64,000 nucleotides of DNA from Antedon mediterranea (lineage: Eukaryota > Animalia > Echinodermata): contig NC_092674.1 of the NCBI RefSeq assembly GCF_964355755.1, positions 13,082,001 through 13,146,000 on the forward strand, read 5' to 3'. The number at the start of each line of letters is the position of its first letter. Within the stretch, counting starts at the first letter, position 1. Below the pieces are notes generated by a model. That model saw only the letters and a list, made by a program, of their open reading frames with translations. It had not been told where the DNA came from and did no database searches. Both the position numbers and the translations under genes were made by a program. This document shows, piece after piece, positions 23,345 to 37,484 of this stretch.

Positions 23345-26290
23345 ATATTGACATATTAAAAAAGGTTTCGATGTCCAATTTATCGAATCCTTTCAGTATT
23401 TTAAATACTTGGATCAGAGAAGCTCTCTTTCTCCTATAAACTAACGTAGGAAGATCAAGTATTTTTAGCCTACATACATACTCCGTACCCCTTAGTTCCG
23501 GAATGAATCGAGTGGCCTTTTGTTGTAGCTTCTCCAACCTATCCTAATCCGCTAAAACCTTAGGAACCCAGACATTATTACAGTATTCCAGGGTTGGACG
23601 TACAAGCGACTTGAATAACAGCAAAAAACTTTCAGGGTCCAAAAATGTAAACGCTCGATATATAATACCTAACTTCCTGTTAGCAGAAGAAATTAGCCTA
23701 CATGGGACACATGAGATCTAAAAATCAGTTTATCGTAAATTACAACGCCTAGGTCTTTCATCTCAGTTACAGCTTCCAGTTCTGTCCTCTGCTCGCCTAC
23801 TCCTATACTATATTTAAACTTGTGGTTGTTGTTACCAAAATGCATGATCTTAAACTTCGTTAGATTGAAGGGCAATTGCCATGTAGAGGACCATTTATAC
23901 AATAAATCAATATCATTCGGTCGATAGTTTAGCGGAGCTGACTTGTCTCCTTTCTTATAGAGCGGAACGACATCGGCATATTTCCAGGGTTCTGGAACCA
24001 CACCCTCACTCATTAATTTATTAAAGATAACTGCTAATGCTTCACCCAAAATATCTGAATTTTCTTTTAAAATCCTTGAATGGATCTCATCCGGACCTGG
24101 CGACTTACATATGTCTAAACCACTTAAATATTTAGTTATATCAGACGCTAAAAACTTCATATCATTGACTGGAATTATATCTGGTTTATCAGCCATTTCA
24201 GGAAACTCCTCAAGGTTCTCCACTGTAAAAAATCCAATAAACGATTCCTTAAATAATTCAGCTTTATTTATTTTTGACGACAGAAAATTTCCCTCATCAT
24301 CTTTTAAGTCTGGAATAAAAGGCTTATATTTTCGCTGACTATTTACATAATGCCAAAAGGATTTTGGATTTATTTTAACAGCTGACGCAATTTTTTTCTC
24401 TAAAGAAGCTCTTGCTTTGCGGACTTCATTGGTAGCTTGATTCCTAGCTAAAACAAAGCTATTCCAATTACTCTGATTTTTACATTTAAGATACTTATTC
24501 CATGCTTTGTGTTTAACTTTGATTATATTTTCTATCTCTTTATTAAACCATAGTTTATTAGTGGCTTTCTTATGATAAGCAGACCGAAGGGGTACAAACT
24601 TATATATGCATTCTTTTAGCTTTTCAGAGAGGTACAAAGATGCATGAGAAGTACCTAACACTTTACAGTTCTTAACTAAATCCGCGTCAATTAAATAATT
24701 TCTCATCCCAATATAATCAGCTTTATAAAAGTTTCTAGTTAAGGGAAAATTTTCTACTATGGGATATCCACATATCCTACATAAATGACAGAACTGCATG
24801 ATCGCTCTTGCCTAGAGGGGGACCATATATAACCGCATCAACGAAACATTCTTCTCGTGTAAAAATTAAATCCAATGTACGTCTACACAATACTGAAACC
24901 AAAAAACCTCCTCTGAAATATTTTAAAACAAAATCTGAAGTATCTGAATCACCTTGCGATTCCATTTTAACCCAATCGATATTCCTATAATTAAAGTCTC
25001 CTGCAACTAAAAGAAAATCTGCTTGAAAATGGTTTACCTGCTCCAATAACAAATTTAATAAAACATTATTCTCTTTAGAACTGCTTGGACTACGATAAAC
25101 ACAACCTTTTGCAAACATAAATGTAATTCTTCTTTCTTATTAAAAACAGAGTCACAGTTTGTATATAAACATAATAAACGATCTTTTTCTTTTAGCACAA
25201 TTGGACTAGTTTTGCTTAAAGACCCCTTCCCTGCAATTTTGGACGTTTTTTGGAAAATAATACATATATATCACTTTAAAAACATTAAACCATGTCATTC
25301 CTTGTCTTAAATGTACGTTTTATGGTAAATTATGATAAAAAGTGAGAAACAATGCACTACCTAAGTAGCTCGCGGCGATCGACCTCTCGTGGACGGTCTC
25401 AGGCCTAGCCTAGCTAGGCTTAGTTTTGTAGGCCTAGCTGGTAAACATCGGTAACGTACGAACATCGTACGCTAGCTATATACCTAGCCTGACGTTGTAT
25501 AGTTGCTGCATTAATTATCTTTCTATTTTTGCCAGACTCCGTTGATACAAATTGGGGAAAACCCGGTATTTTCGCTGAAAAGTTAGGAGTCTTCCATTTG
25601 TTTTGGCTTCACGATCGATCGAAAAGTGGGCGAATTACAGGTGAAAAACAACAATATCAATCCGCGCGCAATGCATTTTGGGATTTATAGCGGGCCGCTA
25701 TAATTATTAAAATCGATTTATTTTTCACATTTTTAACCGTTTAAAGACGAAAAAAGTTATCGCAATAGGACCATATAGTATTATTTTTACATTAAATATA
25801 GTTTGTGACCTTAAATTAGATCTAAAAAACGTAGGGAATGGGGCTTTAAGCCTTTATCAAATACTCGGTCCTTTCTTCCTAATTATCTTATTATTTCGGA
25901 TTATTAAGTCTAACTCCCCGTTAGCTTCTCTAATCAGGAGTTCTTGTTTTAGGCGTTTATATGCTTCGCGCTCCGATTTTAGTCGGTCATTAAATACCGA
26001 GAGATTGCTTTTCCTTTGTAATCTTTTCCGCGAGCTATCTTTATAAATTTGCGTTTATCCCATTCTGTACTAAAAATAACCTTAAGAGGTCTAGGCCCTG
26101 GCTTGTCCAAATCTCTTTTGCCAATTCGGAAACATAAAATAAAACTTAAATCTAAATCTTCCGCAAGACCCTTTACTACTCCCATGTCTTCCTCCTTCCT
26201 AATTTCCACTAAATCAGAGGTAGAGTCAACTAAACCGAACACCATAGCATTACATTTCCGCTTTTCTTTTTCGGCCCATTCATCAAGACG
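23345..26290 (-). mobile_element. CR1-like LINE remnant (ORF1 C-terminus, AP endonuclease, internally deleted RT)
   Basis: GCVYRSP, GDFNY, LGKSDH, NPKSFWHYV, KSPGPDEIH, VPLYKKGDK..NYRP, LEKLQQKATRFIP; ORF1 RIGK...PRPLKVIF; interrupted by the 25220-25845 MITE. Confidence 0.88.
25220..25845. mobile_element. Kolobok-type MITE
   Basis: TTAA at 25216-25219 and 25846-25849; AG...CT termini with imperfect TIR. Confidence 0.8.
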
Positions 26291-26314
26291 TATTAACCTA
26301 TTAACCTAACACAA

Positions 26315-26652
26315 CAACAGTTTAACCACTAACGTAACCAAATTTAACAACTAACGTAACCACTAACGTAACCACTAACGTAAACAAATTTAACAACTAA
26401 CGTAACCAAATTTAACAACTAACGTAACCACTAACGTAACCACTAACGTAAACAAATTTAACAACTAACATAACCAAATTTAACCACTAATGTAACCAAA
26501 TTTAACCACTAATGTAACCAAATTTAACCAGTAATGTAACCAAATTTAACCACTAACGTAACCAAATTTAACCACTAACGTAACCAAATTTAACCACTAA
26601 CGTAACCAAACTTAACCACTAACGTAACCAAATTTAACCACTAACGTAACCA
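26315..26652 (+). repeat. 22-bp minisatellite (TAACCAAATTTAACCACTAACG)
   Basis: Tandem units built from 11-bp half units; degenerate inverted counterpart at ~27385-27480. Confidence 0.92.
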
Positions 26653-28042
26653 AAGTAGAAATGTTCAGAAATCTCAGACAATTTGTGTTTTGAGAAGTCC
26701 ATTCATGTTTGTCTGTACGTCAAATCTCAATGTTTGAACTGTTAAATAATGGTGTTAAATGTAAATCAATTAAAACGTTTGTTTTCTATCCTTCAAAACG
26801 TTTAGACGTAATGGTCTTAATTTTAATCTCGTGTAAATGTAAATTCCAATCTTATAACTTCAGCCTATTTTTCCTATTTCGTCTGTCTGTGTGAGTGCTC
26901 TTTCCGCTATCAACATTGTAATGGTAAGACGTAACACAATAGTTTCCGTATGAAAACCTGGAGATACCTTATTGTGATGAAAGCCGTTACAATTCCATGC
27001 TTATCTTTCTGTTTTTCTAACAATATTCTTACTTTCAATGACGTGACACAATGTGCTTTTGTTGGCATACAAGTTTATTAGTTGATTAAGGTTTTCTGCA
27101 TATTCAACCATACATTTTATATTAAATTACGTTCGAAGGTTGAAAATGAGAAAATAAAAAAAAAACCAGAAGGATGGACAGAAAGTCAGACAGATAATCA
27201 TAGACCCAAAAGAAATTCAATATCAATACAGTTGAGGAAATAAATCCAACTTTCATGTGGAAAGTAAAACTTTATAATGTCCTACAGTTGAGAATGATAA
27301 TTTACTGATGGACGGACACTAAGATATTTTTTTAAATGAAAATCAGGCTAAATTGTTTTATGTCCATAATATTTCTACTACTGCTGTTACGTTTATAGTG
27401 GTTAATGTTACATTAGTGGTTGATTTGTGTTACGTTAGTGGTTAAGATTATATTAGTGGTTGATTGATACGTTAGTGGGTGGATACAGGACATAGATGGT
27501 CAACGTTTGCACAATACACAACCACACAGTGTTTTTGGTTTTGTTTGTGTACAACCATACAGTCTAAACCCAATCTTAGAATATCTCTTGCTAGATTAGA
27601 TGAATTAATATTATGAACATGCACAAGTACCTTAAATTTAATTCTACAATGAAAAGGATTCCAATGAAAAAAAAAAGTGGTTCTGCTCTAAAACGTAGTG
27701 ACACCTCAAATACAAGTTGTTTGGTAAGATTGCTTGAAGGTATCCAGTGCTTTAAAAGACAACGAAGTAAACTATCTTTGATAACTGACTTGTCAATATT
27801 AACTTTGACAAGGCACCGGTGTTCCGAACCATAATTATGTGAGAGGTACGACCGCCGTGCAGTTATCGACAGTACAGTCATCCTCGCTACAAATTACAGT
27901 ATCTATAATATGACCCGCATTGTGGTTGGTTCATTTACCTATATTATTACAGGCACGCCCATTAAATTGTAAAATTGTTATTATTTTTTTAATCACACTG
28001 AATTATATAGCACCTGTTATTAATAATATTTGTAACACTTAC

Positions 28043-28141
28043 ATTGTTTGGAAGATCCACTTTAGCACCTGCCTTGAGCAAAATAGTGCAAACGTCTGTG
28101 TGGCCCTTTTCTGCAGCCACATTTAAAGGCGACCATCCATC
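28043..28141 (-). CDS. Ankyrin-repeat exon (DGWSPLNVAAEKGHTDVCTILLKAGAKVDLPNN)
   Basis: 99 bp, tttcag/gtaagt splice sites, phase 0/0. Confidence 0.93.
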
Positions 28142-28552
28142 CTGAAATAATAACACACATCATGTTATATAAGTAGTAGTATAGTCTTCTACAAAAAGCT
28201 ATTTAATATTGTATTGAAATTTTTTCGATGTGATCAAGTAAAACTAGCTTAAAAGCCAGGTGAGGGCAAACAAATTCTATTGATCTTGCATTCCAATATA
28301 TATAGTTTCCCCTATGTTTAATAATGTTAGTGATTTTATTTGTGTTACACGAGCTTGTTGAAAATATGCACTTTATTATCATGGGGGATAGTTCAAATTA
28401 CACAATTAAATCTCTATTCATTTGTACACAAATGTTGTAAATAGAGAGGCAATTTAAAAAAAATAAAAATATATAGTATTGTAAAAAATGTTATCACAGG
28501 ACTAAATATAGATAATACTTCATAGTTTTATTTTCATGCTATAGCAAAAATT

Positions 28553-30598
28553 GGGTAGTAACAAAGTGCGAGGCAGCGAGGCACGCGAGGCAGGGAAGGC
28601 ATGCGAGGCAAGTCAGAAATTTATGCGAGGCATCGTTTTACCATCATCAAAAAATGCGAGGCATCATTTTATCATTTCTCAAAATTGCAAGGCAGGAAAT
28701 CACCGAAATTGAAGTAGCCTAGGCCTAGGCCCGCTAGGCTAGTTTCCTTTTGCACCTGCCTTGTAATTTAACCAAGGCTTTATCCTGAATACCACAGCTT
28801 AGAATTAGGCATACTTTAATGAAGAAAAATCACATAAAAGTAACAATAAATCCATTAAATTGGTGATTTTACAGACGTTGTTTTTCTCGCATTTCGCACA
28901 CTCAATGTTCAATATTTTGGTTTCTATGGAACGCCAAAAGAGCAAAATTAATTAGAGAGCAAAATTAATTAGAGGGCTAAAAACTCTGTGGAATCCATTT
29001 ATATTTAACGCATTATTTGGTGAAAATCAAGTACAATTTCAATAGATTTTGTCACTGTCAGTAAGGAAAAATGTTACTGTTGATAATGTACACGGTTTCG
29101 TTAACCTTTTAAAGAATAAAATAGAAAAATTCATCATAATATCCTTAGTAGGATGTCCTAGGTCTAGACTAGGTAGTGATGTTGATTTAGGATCGATTAT
29201 TATTCTTTGAAAACAGAACAGTATCAGCAGTAACATATTACAACATTTTTATTGACAAATTAACAAATATATTGAAATAAAACGTGTTTTTCACCAATAA
29301 ATGCATGAGAAATTGACGCATTCCACTGAGTTTTAGTCCTCTATTATCGTTGCTCTTTTGGCGCTCCATAGAAACAAAAATATTGAACATTGAATAAGTG
29401 AAATTCGCGAACAGTGTGCGAGAAACACGCCTGTAAAATCATTAATTTAAGGATTTATTTGTTACTTTTTATGTGATTCTTTCATTAAAGTACTCATGAG
29501 GTATACTTCTAAGGTGTGGTATTCACACGATAAAGTTAGTTATCAAATTTGGAGTAAAAATACAAGCGAAGGAAACTAGCGCCAGGTTTATTAGTACGTA
29601 CATGGACAACAATAAATAAAAATCGTTCGTAATATACCTAGCTTACTAAAACAGGAATAGTGTATCATTATTAAATATTACACCAATTATTATTTTATCA
29701 AAATTGATTAAATTATTTTCTACATAGGCCTTTATCTAGGTTAGGGCTAAGCATATTAGCTAAAGTTTAATTTTAGGCCTAGTATTACAATTGTCGGACG
29801 TAAGTCTTTTTTCACACGCGCTCCAGAATTCTGTCGCAATTTTTTTCTTTGCGGCATGTTATTGGATCGGCATATCAGTTACCTTTTATTCACCGCCAGT
29901 TATTGAACTTGTCCTGGCAATCGCTGTTCACCTTATTTGCGAGAGAGGTACACGTGTTGTTCCTAGAGAATGGAATGTCAAAAATGTCTTTGGCACGCCG
30001 CTCAGAGAGAAGTCTGTGCGTTGCTGCTGAAACCACGTGCTATAGGAGGGGAATGCACCACAATCCTCTGAGCTGAGGGCTGAATCATTCCGCTACCTGC
30101 TAAATAGTAAAGAGGGATTTTCCATCTCTCGGGTCTACCGGATCTAGGCGCAGGGGTGTGACAAAATATTATTTTCACTCTGCTATGTTCGAGAGACATG
30201 TGAGTGAACACGCTCGAAATGCCAACAAACATTGCAGTCATTTGATGAGTGTGTCGCTATAACAATTATTGTTTATCGAAAGTTGAAGACTGTCGTTCAG
30301 ATTTTTGAACCGTAGTTTGGGCACTTTTGTAAAAGTAAAATTTGACACGATATGACTTGAATGAAAAAACAATCGTTACATAAAAATAAACAACATGATG
30401 AGTGTATACACGAATCTATTTAGATACGCTTGTATCGATTGATTATTAGGCCTATAATATAGCATAATAGCACGTTAAGATATGCCTCGCACCTTTTTGA
30501 AATTGTAAACTATATGCCTCGCACTTTTGGAAATGATAAAATGATGCCTCGCACAAATATTTGGCATGCCTCGCGTGCCTCGCACTTTGTCAACACTC
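28553..30598. mobile_element. Non-autonomous MULE-like element
   Basis: TIRs with repeated GCGAGGCA motifs; perfect 9-bp TSD GCAAAAATT at 28544-28552 and 30599-30607. Confidence 0.88.
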
Positions 30599-31126
30599 GC
30601 AAAAATTATCCACCGTATATCCACCATCTTTTTTCACCTTCTATAGAGTCACCGGACATGTAATTACACTAGGGGCCCGTTCGGACGGGACTGAAACTAC
30701 CGTGTACTTCCAACTGTGAGGTCGCGTGTGGCAATTAACTTACGCCTCTGGCTATAAAAAATTAGAAAACCATCTGGACGAAAAATCCACCAACTTTACT
30801 GGTTATTTCAATCCCATTCCAATTACACGCTGCCTCGGGGTATAATTAATCAAGCGTTAACGGGGTCATGTCAAATCGCGACCTCAAATAAGCTTTCTGA
30901 TTGTTTAACAATTATTGTTTAAAATGTTCTTTTTCGTTAATGCGAATGTATATCTATTGTTTTGTAAAATTATATTATATAAATAATCAACTCGTTGGTT
31001 TTTTTCCGGTGACCTGAACTTGCGAATCGGTGGCTTATAATAGCGAGCTTTCGTAACGGGACGGTAAACGTGCAGTACGGCTGGTTTAACCAACCGTGAC
31101 CGTACTCATTTACTAGGCTCCCATCA

Positions 31127-31495
31127 GCGTAATTTTTTTTTCCAGGACGAACGTGGGCAGAAATCATGAATAATTCATGAATAATTATGACATAATAGGG
31201 AACAGTATAGAGGGCGCTATATAAGTATGCAGGGATATTAATAATTAGTGTAAACAGCGTTTGCCAAATGTTTGGTCTAGTGGTAAAGGCTTTAACCTGT
31301 TACGCTGGAGCCCTCGGTTCGAGGTCTTTCATGAACATGTTTTTTTTTAATAGTTGAGAGAGATTATTTAGAGGGTTAGGTTTAGTATATTTAGGAAGTA
31401 GATCAGCTATCTTGCAATTCTTTATATAGAAAATAATTAAGGTAATGAATTATTCATGATTTCTGCCCACGTTCGTCCTGGAAAAAAAAATACGC
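31127..31495. mobile_element. MITE with ~50-bp TIRs; truncated single-end copies at ~345-424 and ~45260-45343
   Basis: gcgtaattttttttccaggacgaacgtgggcagaaatcatgaataattcat and its reverse complement; no clear TSD. Confidence 0.7.
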
Positions 31496-31572
31496 CGACG
31501 GGCGTATGTGCGCGACGTCATAGTGCGACAGGTATCATTATCAGTTTTCTCGGCTTTCAGCATCTCACACAA

Positions 31573-31752
31573 CATGGCGAACCTACATAGGGTACGAGAT
31601 GCTCTTGATGCTGCCTATATTTCAGATGTTCTAGACGAGGAAGAATTCATTATGTTTTATAGTATGAATTCTCCAAGTAATCCTGATTTTCAGTATATTC
31701 ATCAATTCAACTTAGATAAATTCAACGATGATGAATGCAACAGCTATTTCAG
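31573..31752 (+). pseudogene. N-terminal fragment of a PIF/Harbinger-group transposase
   Basis: MANLHRVRDAL...DEEEFIMFY..N...FNLDKFNDDECNSYFR resembles the N-terminus of DDE_Tnp_4 proteins; no downstream exons found. Confidence 0.5.
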
Positions 31753-33579
31753 GCTAGGCCTAGGCCGAATCTCAGTCTAAGCCAATTTTTTTATTTTATA
31801 TTTTGTATCACTGATCTAGAGCACTACATTGTTAGTTAGTAAGTAATGCTTAAATTAAATAATTAAATATATTTTTACTTCTCTGGAGGACCAAACTTAA
31901 AGCCTTGGCTTAGTAATGCGTCCTGCTCACACAATTGTATTTATTAATTTATGTTTCTGTATTATATTGTATTGTATTGTGTGAAACAATAAACTTGAAA
32001 CTTGACATTAATGAACATTCATTTAATATGCTATAGCCTAGTCCATGTTTGATTAAAATGCTTTACTCTTGACGATACTACTTCCATCGTGTCCTCCATA
32101 ATTAAAATACACAGCTGAATGTACGTTTCAGACAGGACGCTATTTCTTCTCACTACCGTTCTCAAATTTAACGCTACGGTGAGTCTCAAATTTCTGCGCA
32201 TGCGTAGATCACATTTTAAACGGCTTGCAACATGGGCCAAAGCACCCGTGTCTCAATGGCGATGCAGTACATGCAGATAGCGCGCATTCTGTTCAAACCT
32301 AACAGCAACTCAACAACTCGTGTAACATTCGGCTATATCGATTTCTGATATAATTTTATATACAAATTTTACAATTTTCCCTGCAAAATACTTCGATGAT
32401 TTTTTAATATAATGGATTTGATTTTTCTTTTTTTTTTCTTTTTTTTTACAGTATAATTTCATTTTGTTTAAACTAACGTGCACATATATAGCATCGCATT
32501 GGTAAGTCACAAACATATTAGTGAAATGCACAACATTGCAGTAATAGTTATTAATTCATAAAGGTTATGAAATAATCACATTAAACAAAGGTCTATCCTT
32601 ACACGTACGAAAAAACACCAACAGTTATCTAACAACACGTATTCCTTACTTTCGCGCAAACACTGAAAGAACGAATGATTTTATATTATGCTTAATTCTG
32701 GAATAGGTATGCACAATGTAAAACGCATAGCACCAACTCCGTGTCGGTTCTTACCCCAGCTGTTCCATACGTCTAATGTCTTAGAAAAGATAGTATTAGT
32801 GTTTTTAATGTCTTAGGCATATATCATCATTTAACAGTCACCGGTAAAGTTACTTCCGAGTTAGTCATCACTTTGCGATTTCCAACTTCGCTGTAGTCAC
32901 AATAAAACCTCTGTACAAAACGCTTGCAGCTGTCCCACATGTGAACGTGGTATGTACATTTGATATACATTTGAGTCAAGATATTTCATGTTTCTCTCTT
33001 TAAACGTCAAAATGAACTAATTTTTATTAATTATATTGTAGAATACTATGGTTTGGCTATTTAATATTATTGTGACTCAGACTGTTTAAAACTTAATGAA
33101 GAAATAGCTCATAATGTTTAATATGTTATAAATTCTGTATACACTACGATAGGACGTGACGTTATTATTATATTACAGTTGTAGACTATGTATAACTATT
33201 ATAATGTACCGCGATGGTAAGACTCGCATACACATTAATAATATTACAAGTAATAAATATTAATTTATAAAGATTAAACAAGTTATTACAAAGTTTGACA
33301 TCAATTGTGACAAAACCTTGGTTAATCTGACTTTCCAATGTCAAGATTAACCATGACGAGGCAGTGGTGTTCCGAACCATGTGAGGGATACAACCGTGCA
33401 GTTCTCGACAATTTAGTCATCCTCGTCACAAAAATGGTCTGTAATATGACCCGCGATGTGCTTGCTTCATTTATGTATGTTATTATTGGCACGCCCTTTA
33501 AATTGTAAAATTAAACACTTTTTTAAATCACATTGAATTATATAGCACATATTATTTATGTGTACTGTGTAACACTTAC

Positions 33580-33654
33580 TTTGGTCTGAAGATCCAATTT
33601 AGCACCTTCCTTGAGCAAAATGGAGCAAACATCTGTGTGGCCATTTTGTGCAGA
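33580..33654 (-). pseudogene. Decayed ankyrin exon (..AQNGHTDVCSILLKEGAKLDLQTK) that has lost its 5' end and splice acceptor
   Basis: Donor intact. Alignment to the 37386 exon shows the first ~9 codons and the acceptor CAG replaced by a few bases (gcagatataaatattac vs gcagccacatgtaaaggtgacgctccatcctgaaatattac). Confidence 0.85.
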
Positions 33655-36600
33655 TATAAATATTACAAACATTATATTATAGAATTTTCTCTCTCTAAAC
33701 AAAGTATTATAATATTGTCCTGGAATCAATACGATGTGATCATTTAAAAATGACGTTATAGATTTAAATTATGCTACATAGTTAAATTAAATAAAGAGTA
33801 TTAACCCTTTTCTTTAAGATAATGTATTGTTGTATACATATACATTTTTTTGTCTTTCTTGTAGGCCTATAACATTTTTTTACAGTGTTTTATAAATTTA
33901 TCAAACAAATAATTGTTTTTTTCTTTTTTGGCCTGAAAAGTAAACACTTCATCCGATAGTGCTAACTAGTCTGAATGTAAACTGACAGTTACAGCTAAAA
34001 ATATATCTAGGCTCCAAATTCTGTTCAGGTAACATGACACTTTGACTGCAAAATTCTTACAATGATTACGGAATCTATTACGAGAGGTGATGGACTTTTG
34101 CTTTGAACGTCAAAATAGAGCATTGGATAGGTTGGGTCTTACAAAATTTGTCAAGTTGTCCTCAATAAAGTCTCTTATAAAAATGAATCAAATTGAGATT
34201 TGCTTAATTATAACTACTGTAAGTGAAGCATAACTAAAAATACGTTCCAGCTAATTCTTACATGGTGAATAATGAGAATATTTTTAATGACAGATTTATA
34301 AAAAAAAGACTTAGGCCTATGGGAGGTTTAACTACAAAAGATTTAAGTCTACGGAAAAGTAAAGTCTATTTGATACTCTCATTAATGAGGTCGTGCCATT
34401 TAGGATCACTACGGTAGTGATTTATTTGCAATCTCAACTTCAGATTGGGTACCGTACCGTATTTCATGATTTAGGTGATTTTCCTATTTTTGTTGGTTAC
34501 TTTGGGTGGAATATACTGTATGGTACTGCAAATAAGCAAATCTATAATAATAACCCACTACTCTAATATTAACCCATGGGGGTTACTCTTAAAGTCACAA
34601 ACACTTATGATGCAGCTGTATTTTGAAAATAAGGAGATAATGAAGGTTGATCTTGGGAGTGGGGGGAGGATTGAGTGTTTTTGAGTTCAAACAAATTTGT
34701 TTATTCGTACTGTTTTATTATTTTGCTATGAGTTGCTGACCAGAAAAGTTGGGGTGGGTTACTATTTTCAGGTGCCTAATTTAAGATTAGTAATAGTAAC
34801 CCATTAATAGTTCCATTCCATAATAACCCATTCCAATAGTTAACCCACCCTAAAAAACAATCAAAGAATAATAACCCAGGGTTACAATTAGAAGATTTAC
34901 GGTATATAGAGTACTGCAAACCATAATAGAAGGTAACATTTGTTTTATTTGACACGACAAAGCATGTGAACTCCCCAAAAATGTACCGTATTTTAATGTA
35001 CTAAATTTTAAATGTTGACATGGCATAATAAACATTGAAAGTTCTTTCTAACAGAGTTTTTTCTCGGGGTACTCGGATGTTCTACTTAATTTTTGTTTTA
35101 TTTATTGTAATGCGCCGTGTTCTTTTTTTATCTTTGATTGTATATTGTTTTTCAATAAGCGTGCGGAGGATTCAGGTAATATCTCTTTAAAGGGTAACAC
35201 CGCGGCTTTAAAATGTATATTACTTATTATACAGATATTGCCTGCTTAGAGATGAAATATAAGATTTGACAAGTGAATGATATTATGTTCGAGGGAATAT
35301 ATATTTCCTGAAGCGTAGCACGTGAATGAACCTGTCATTTCTTCTGAAGGATCTGTCTGAGAAGGACAGTGAAACTGCAAAAAGCAGGTTAGTTTAACTA
35401 ATTTTTTTTTCGAAAAGAATTAATAATTCACATGCCGTATCGTTACAAAATCTCAGCGAAGCCATAGTAATTATTTCATTAACATGCATACTTGTCTAGG
35501 ACAAACATCTGAAAAGAGGCCTAGAAATCAGATAGGGGAAGTGGAATGTTACGGGTAGTCAATGTAGCCATTATATCGTATTAATCCATTCTGATCACTC
35601 TTAAGACTTGTTGACACCTAATTGTTTACATAGACTATACCCCACTTCAAGTATTATTAAATTATAATAATTATGACCTATCCACGTTCTATCACCATAT
35701 TAAATAATTTGTCATTGTTTAAAGAAAACATTAATCATGATGTTTTTAAAGTGTAATCAGTGCTACTAAGCGCCTTTGATGTTTACATTGGTAGTTAACT
35801 ACTGCAATACAAATAACTACTTATCAATATAAGTGTATGCAAGTTACTTTTTGGTAACTTAAAATTAATTGTCATAAACAGGTTGTTAAATGATACTGGT
35901 AAGTACTTTTGTGTCTAATTTATCCAAAACAATATTATTTAAATTATAAACTTTTAATATTAAATCATTGGACAGTTTGTGTGATATGTGTAATGTTATA
36001 CTTGCTAATTTTAAAAAAAAAGTATGAAAGCAAACATAACAACAGACAATGATTACTAGTTTCCCGAATAATTGTTGAATTAAACTAAAATTTGAACTCA
36101 ACTCATCATCGTGATGATATCGGGATATCCGCGTTAACGCACACAGTGTAACAAACATCTTGAAATACACTCATACTCTATAAACTGAAAACATGTATAG
36201 TGCTGAATTATGTCTATTATGTGTCATACAGTACTAAGTGCGAATAACCAATAAAGTAGTGGGTTTTTTATCGTAAAGAAAACAAAGCATTTAATTTGAT
36301 ATTTTTCTTGATAGTATAATATTCAATTGTTTGGTGTATATCACTGTTATGAGTCCAGGTAAGCACAACTGTGACATCTATTGTCTATAAACGTCTATAA
36401 ATTTCAAGTCCTTTATTGTCTGACTTGGTTTTGAATGAAGTTATAGGCCTTCAAATTCAAATGTCAAATGAATACTAATATTGGTGTCCTTCCTGCATGA
36501 TCTCAAGCTCTTCCGCTAGTCACCTAATCCACCAAAAATATTGGTATGCATACAGAGAGTCATGTCAGGAATAAACAATGTAAGTCGCTTATTACGAAGA

Positions 36601-37385
36601 TGGACCTATTTCATTATGTAACTGCTGTTGTCACTATGATGTTATTTACGTACATAATTTGTATAATTAATATTTATCTATTGTGTAATCACTTATAGAA
36701 CTTAACTGATTTTAAATCAATGGGAGCTCATCAGTTATATACATTATAATGTTTTCAGATTTGACAAAATAATTAAAACTGATTACTTTCCGATTATCAG
36801 AAAGCTTAAATGTGTTAATATTTACATAAACAATGGTACGAAGACGTAAACTTACTGTGAGCTTCTGCATTTAATATATACTATTAAGAGGCTAATTATG
36901 GCTATTTCAAATAACAGTTCGGAATAGTTGGATTTTGTTGCTTATATTCGAACTTGTCTTTTATTTCAAACTCACAAAAACGGGCAATGAAAATGTCGTT
37001 ATTAAAAACATTATTTTAAGCTTATTCAGTATAGTTAAATTATTCAATTTATTCATTTATTTATATGTGTTGTTCCTTTTTTTTCTTTTTACTTGGTTAG
37101 ATAAAACATGTTAGTGATAAAATGCCAATATTCTAGTTAACATTCTTCATTTAATGATAATCCCACAAATTGCACTATTTGTGTATACTTAAATAGGTAG
37201 CTCTTTTCGTATATTTGTTGCTGTTAGGAAAATAAATATTTCACTTCAAAAACTTTCCAAAAATAGTGGTACACAACAATGACAACAAAAAGAGGGGAAA
37301 AAACTCTATTTTACGTTCTTGTTATATAAATATTATGAACGACTGAAATTATATAGCACATAATATTTATGTGGGTAACACTTAC

Positions 37386-37484
37386 TTTTGCCTGAAGATC
37401 CAATTTAGCACCTTCCTTGAGCAAAATAGTGCAAACATCTGTGTGGCCGTTTTGTGCAGCCACATGTAAAGGTGACGCTCCATC
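37386..37484 (-). CDS. Ankyrin-repeat exon (DGASPLHVAAQNGHTDVCTILLKEGAKLDLQAK)
   Basis: 99 bp, cag/gtaagt splice sites; contained in ORF 37311..37559. Confidence 0.93.

Noticed and set aside
27920-28126. Plus-strand ORFs similar to each other (27920..28126, 62191..62394)
   Set aside because: Antisense shadows of the duplicated ankyrin exons and their flanks.
31272-31330. tRNA gene (A-box TGGTCTAGTGG, B-box-like GGTTCGA)
   Set aside because: No convincing acceptor or anticodon stems; at most a decayed tRNA-derived SINE head inside a MITE.
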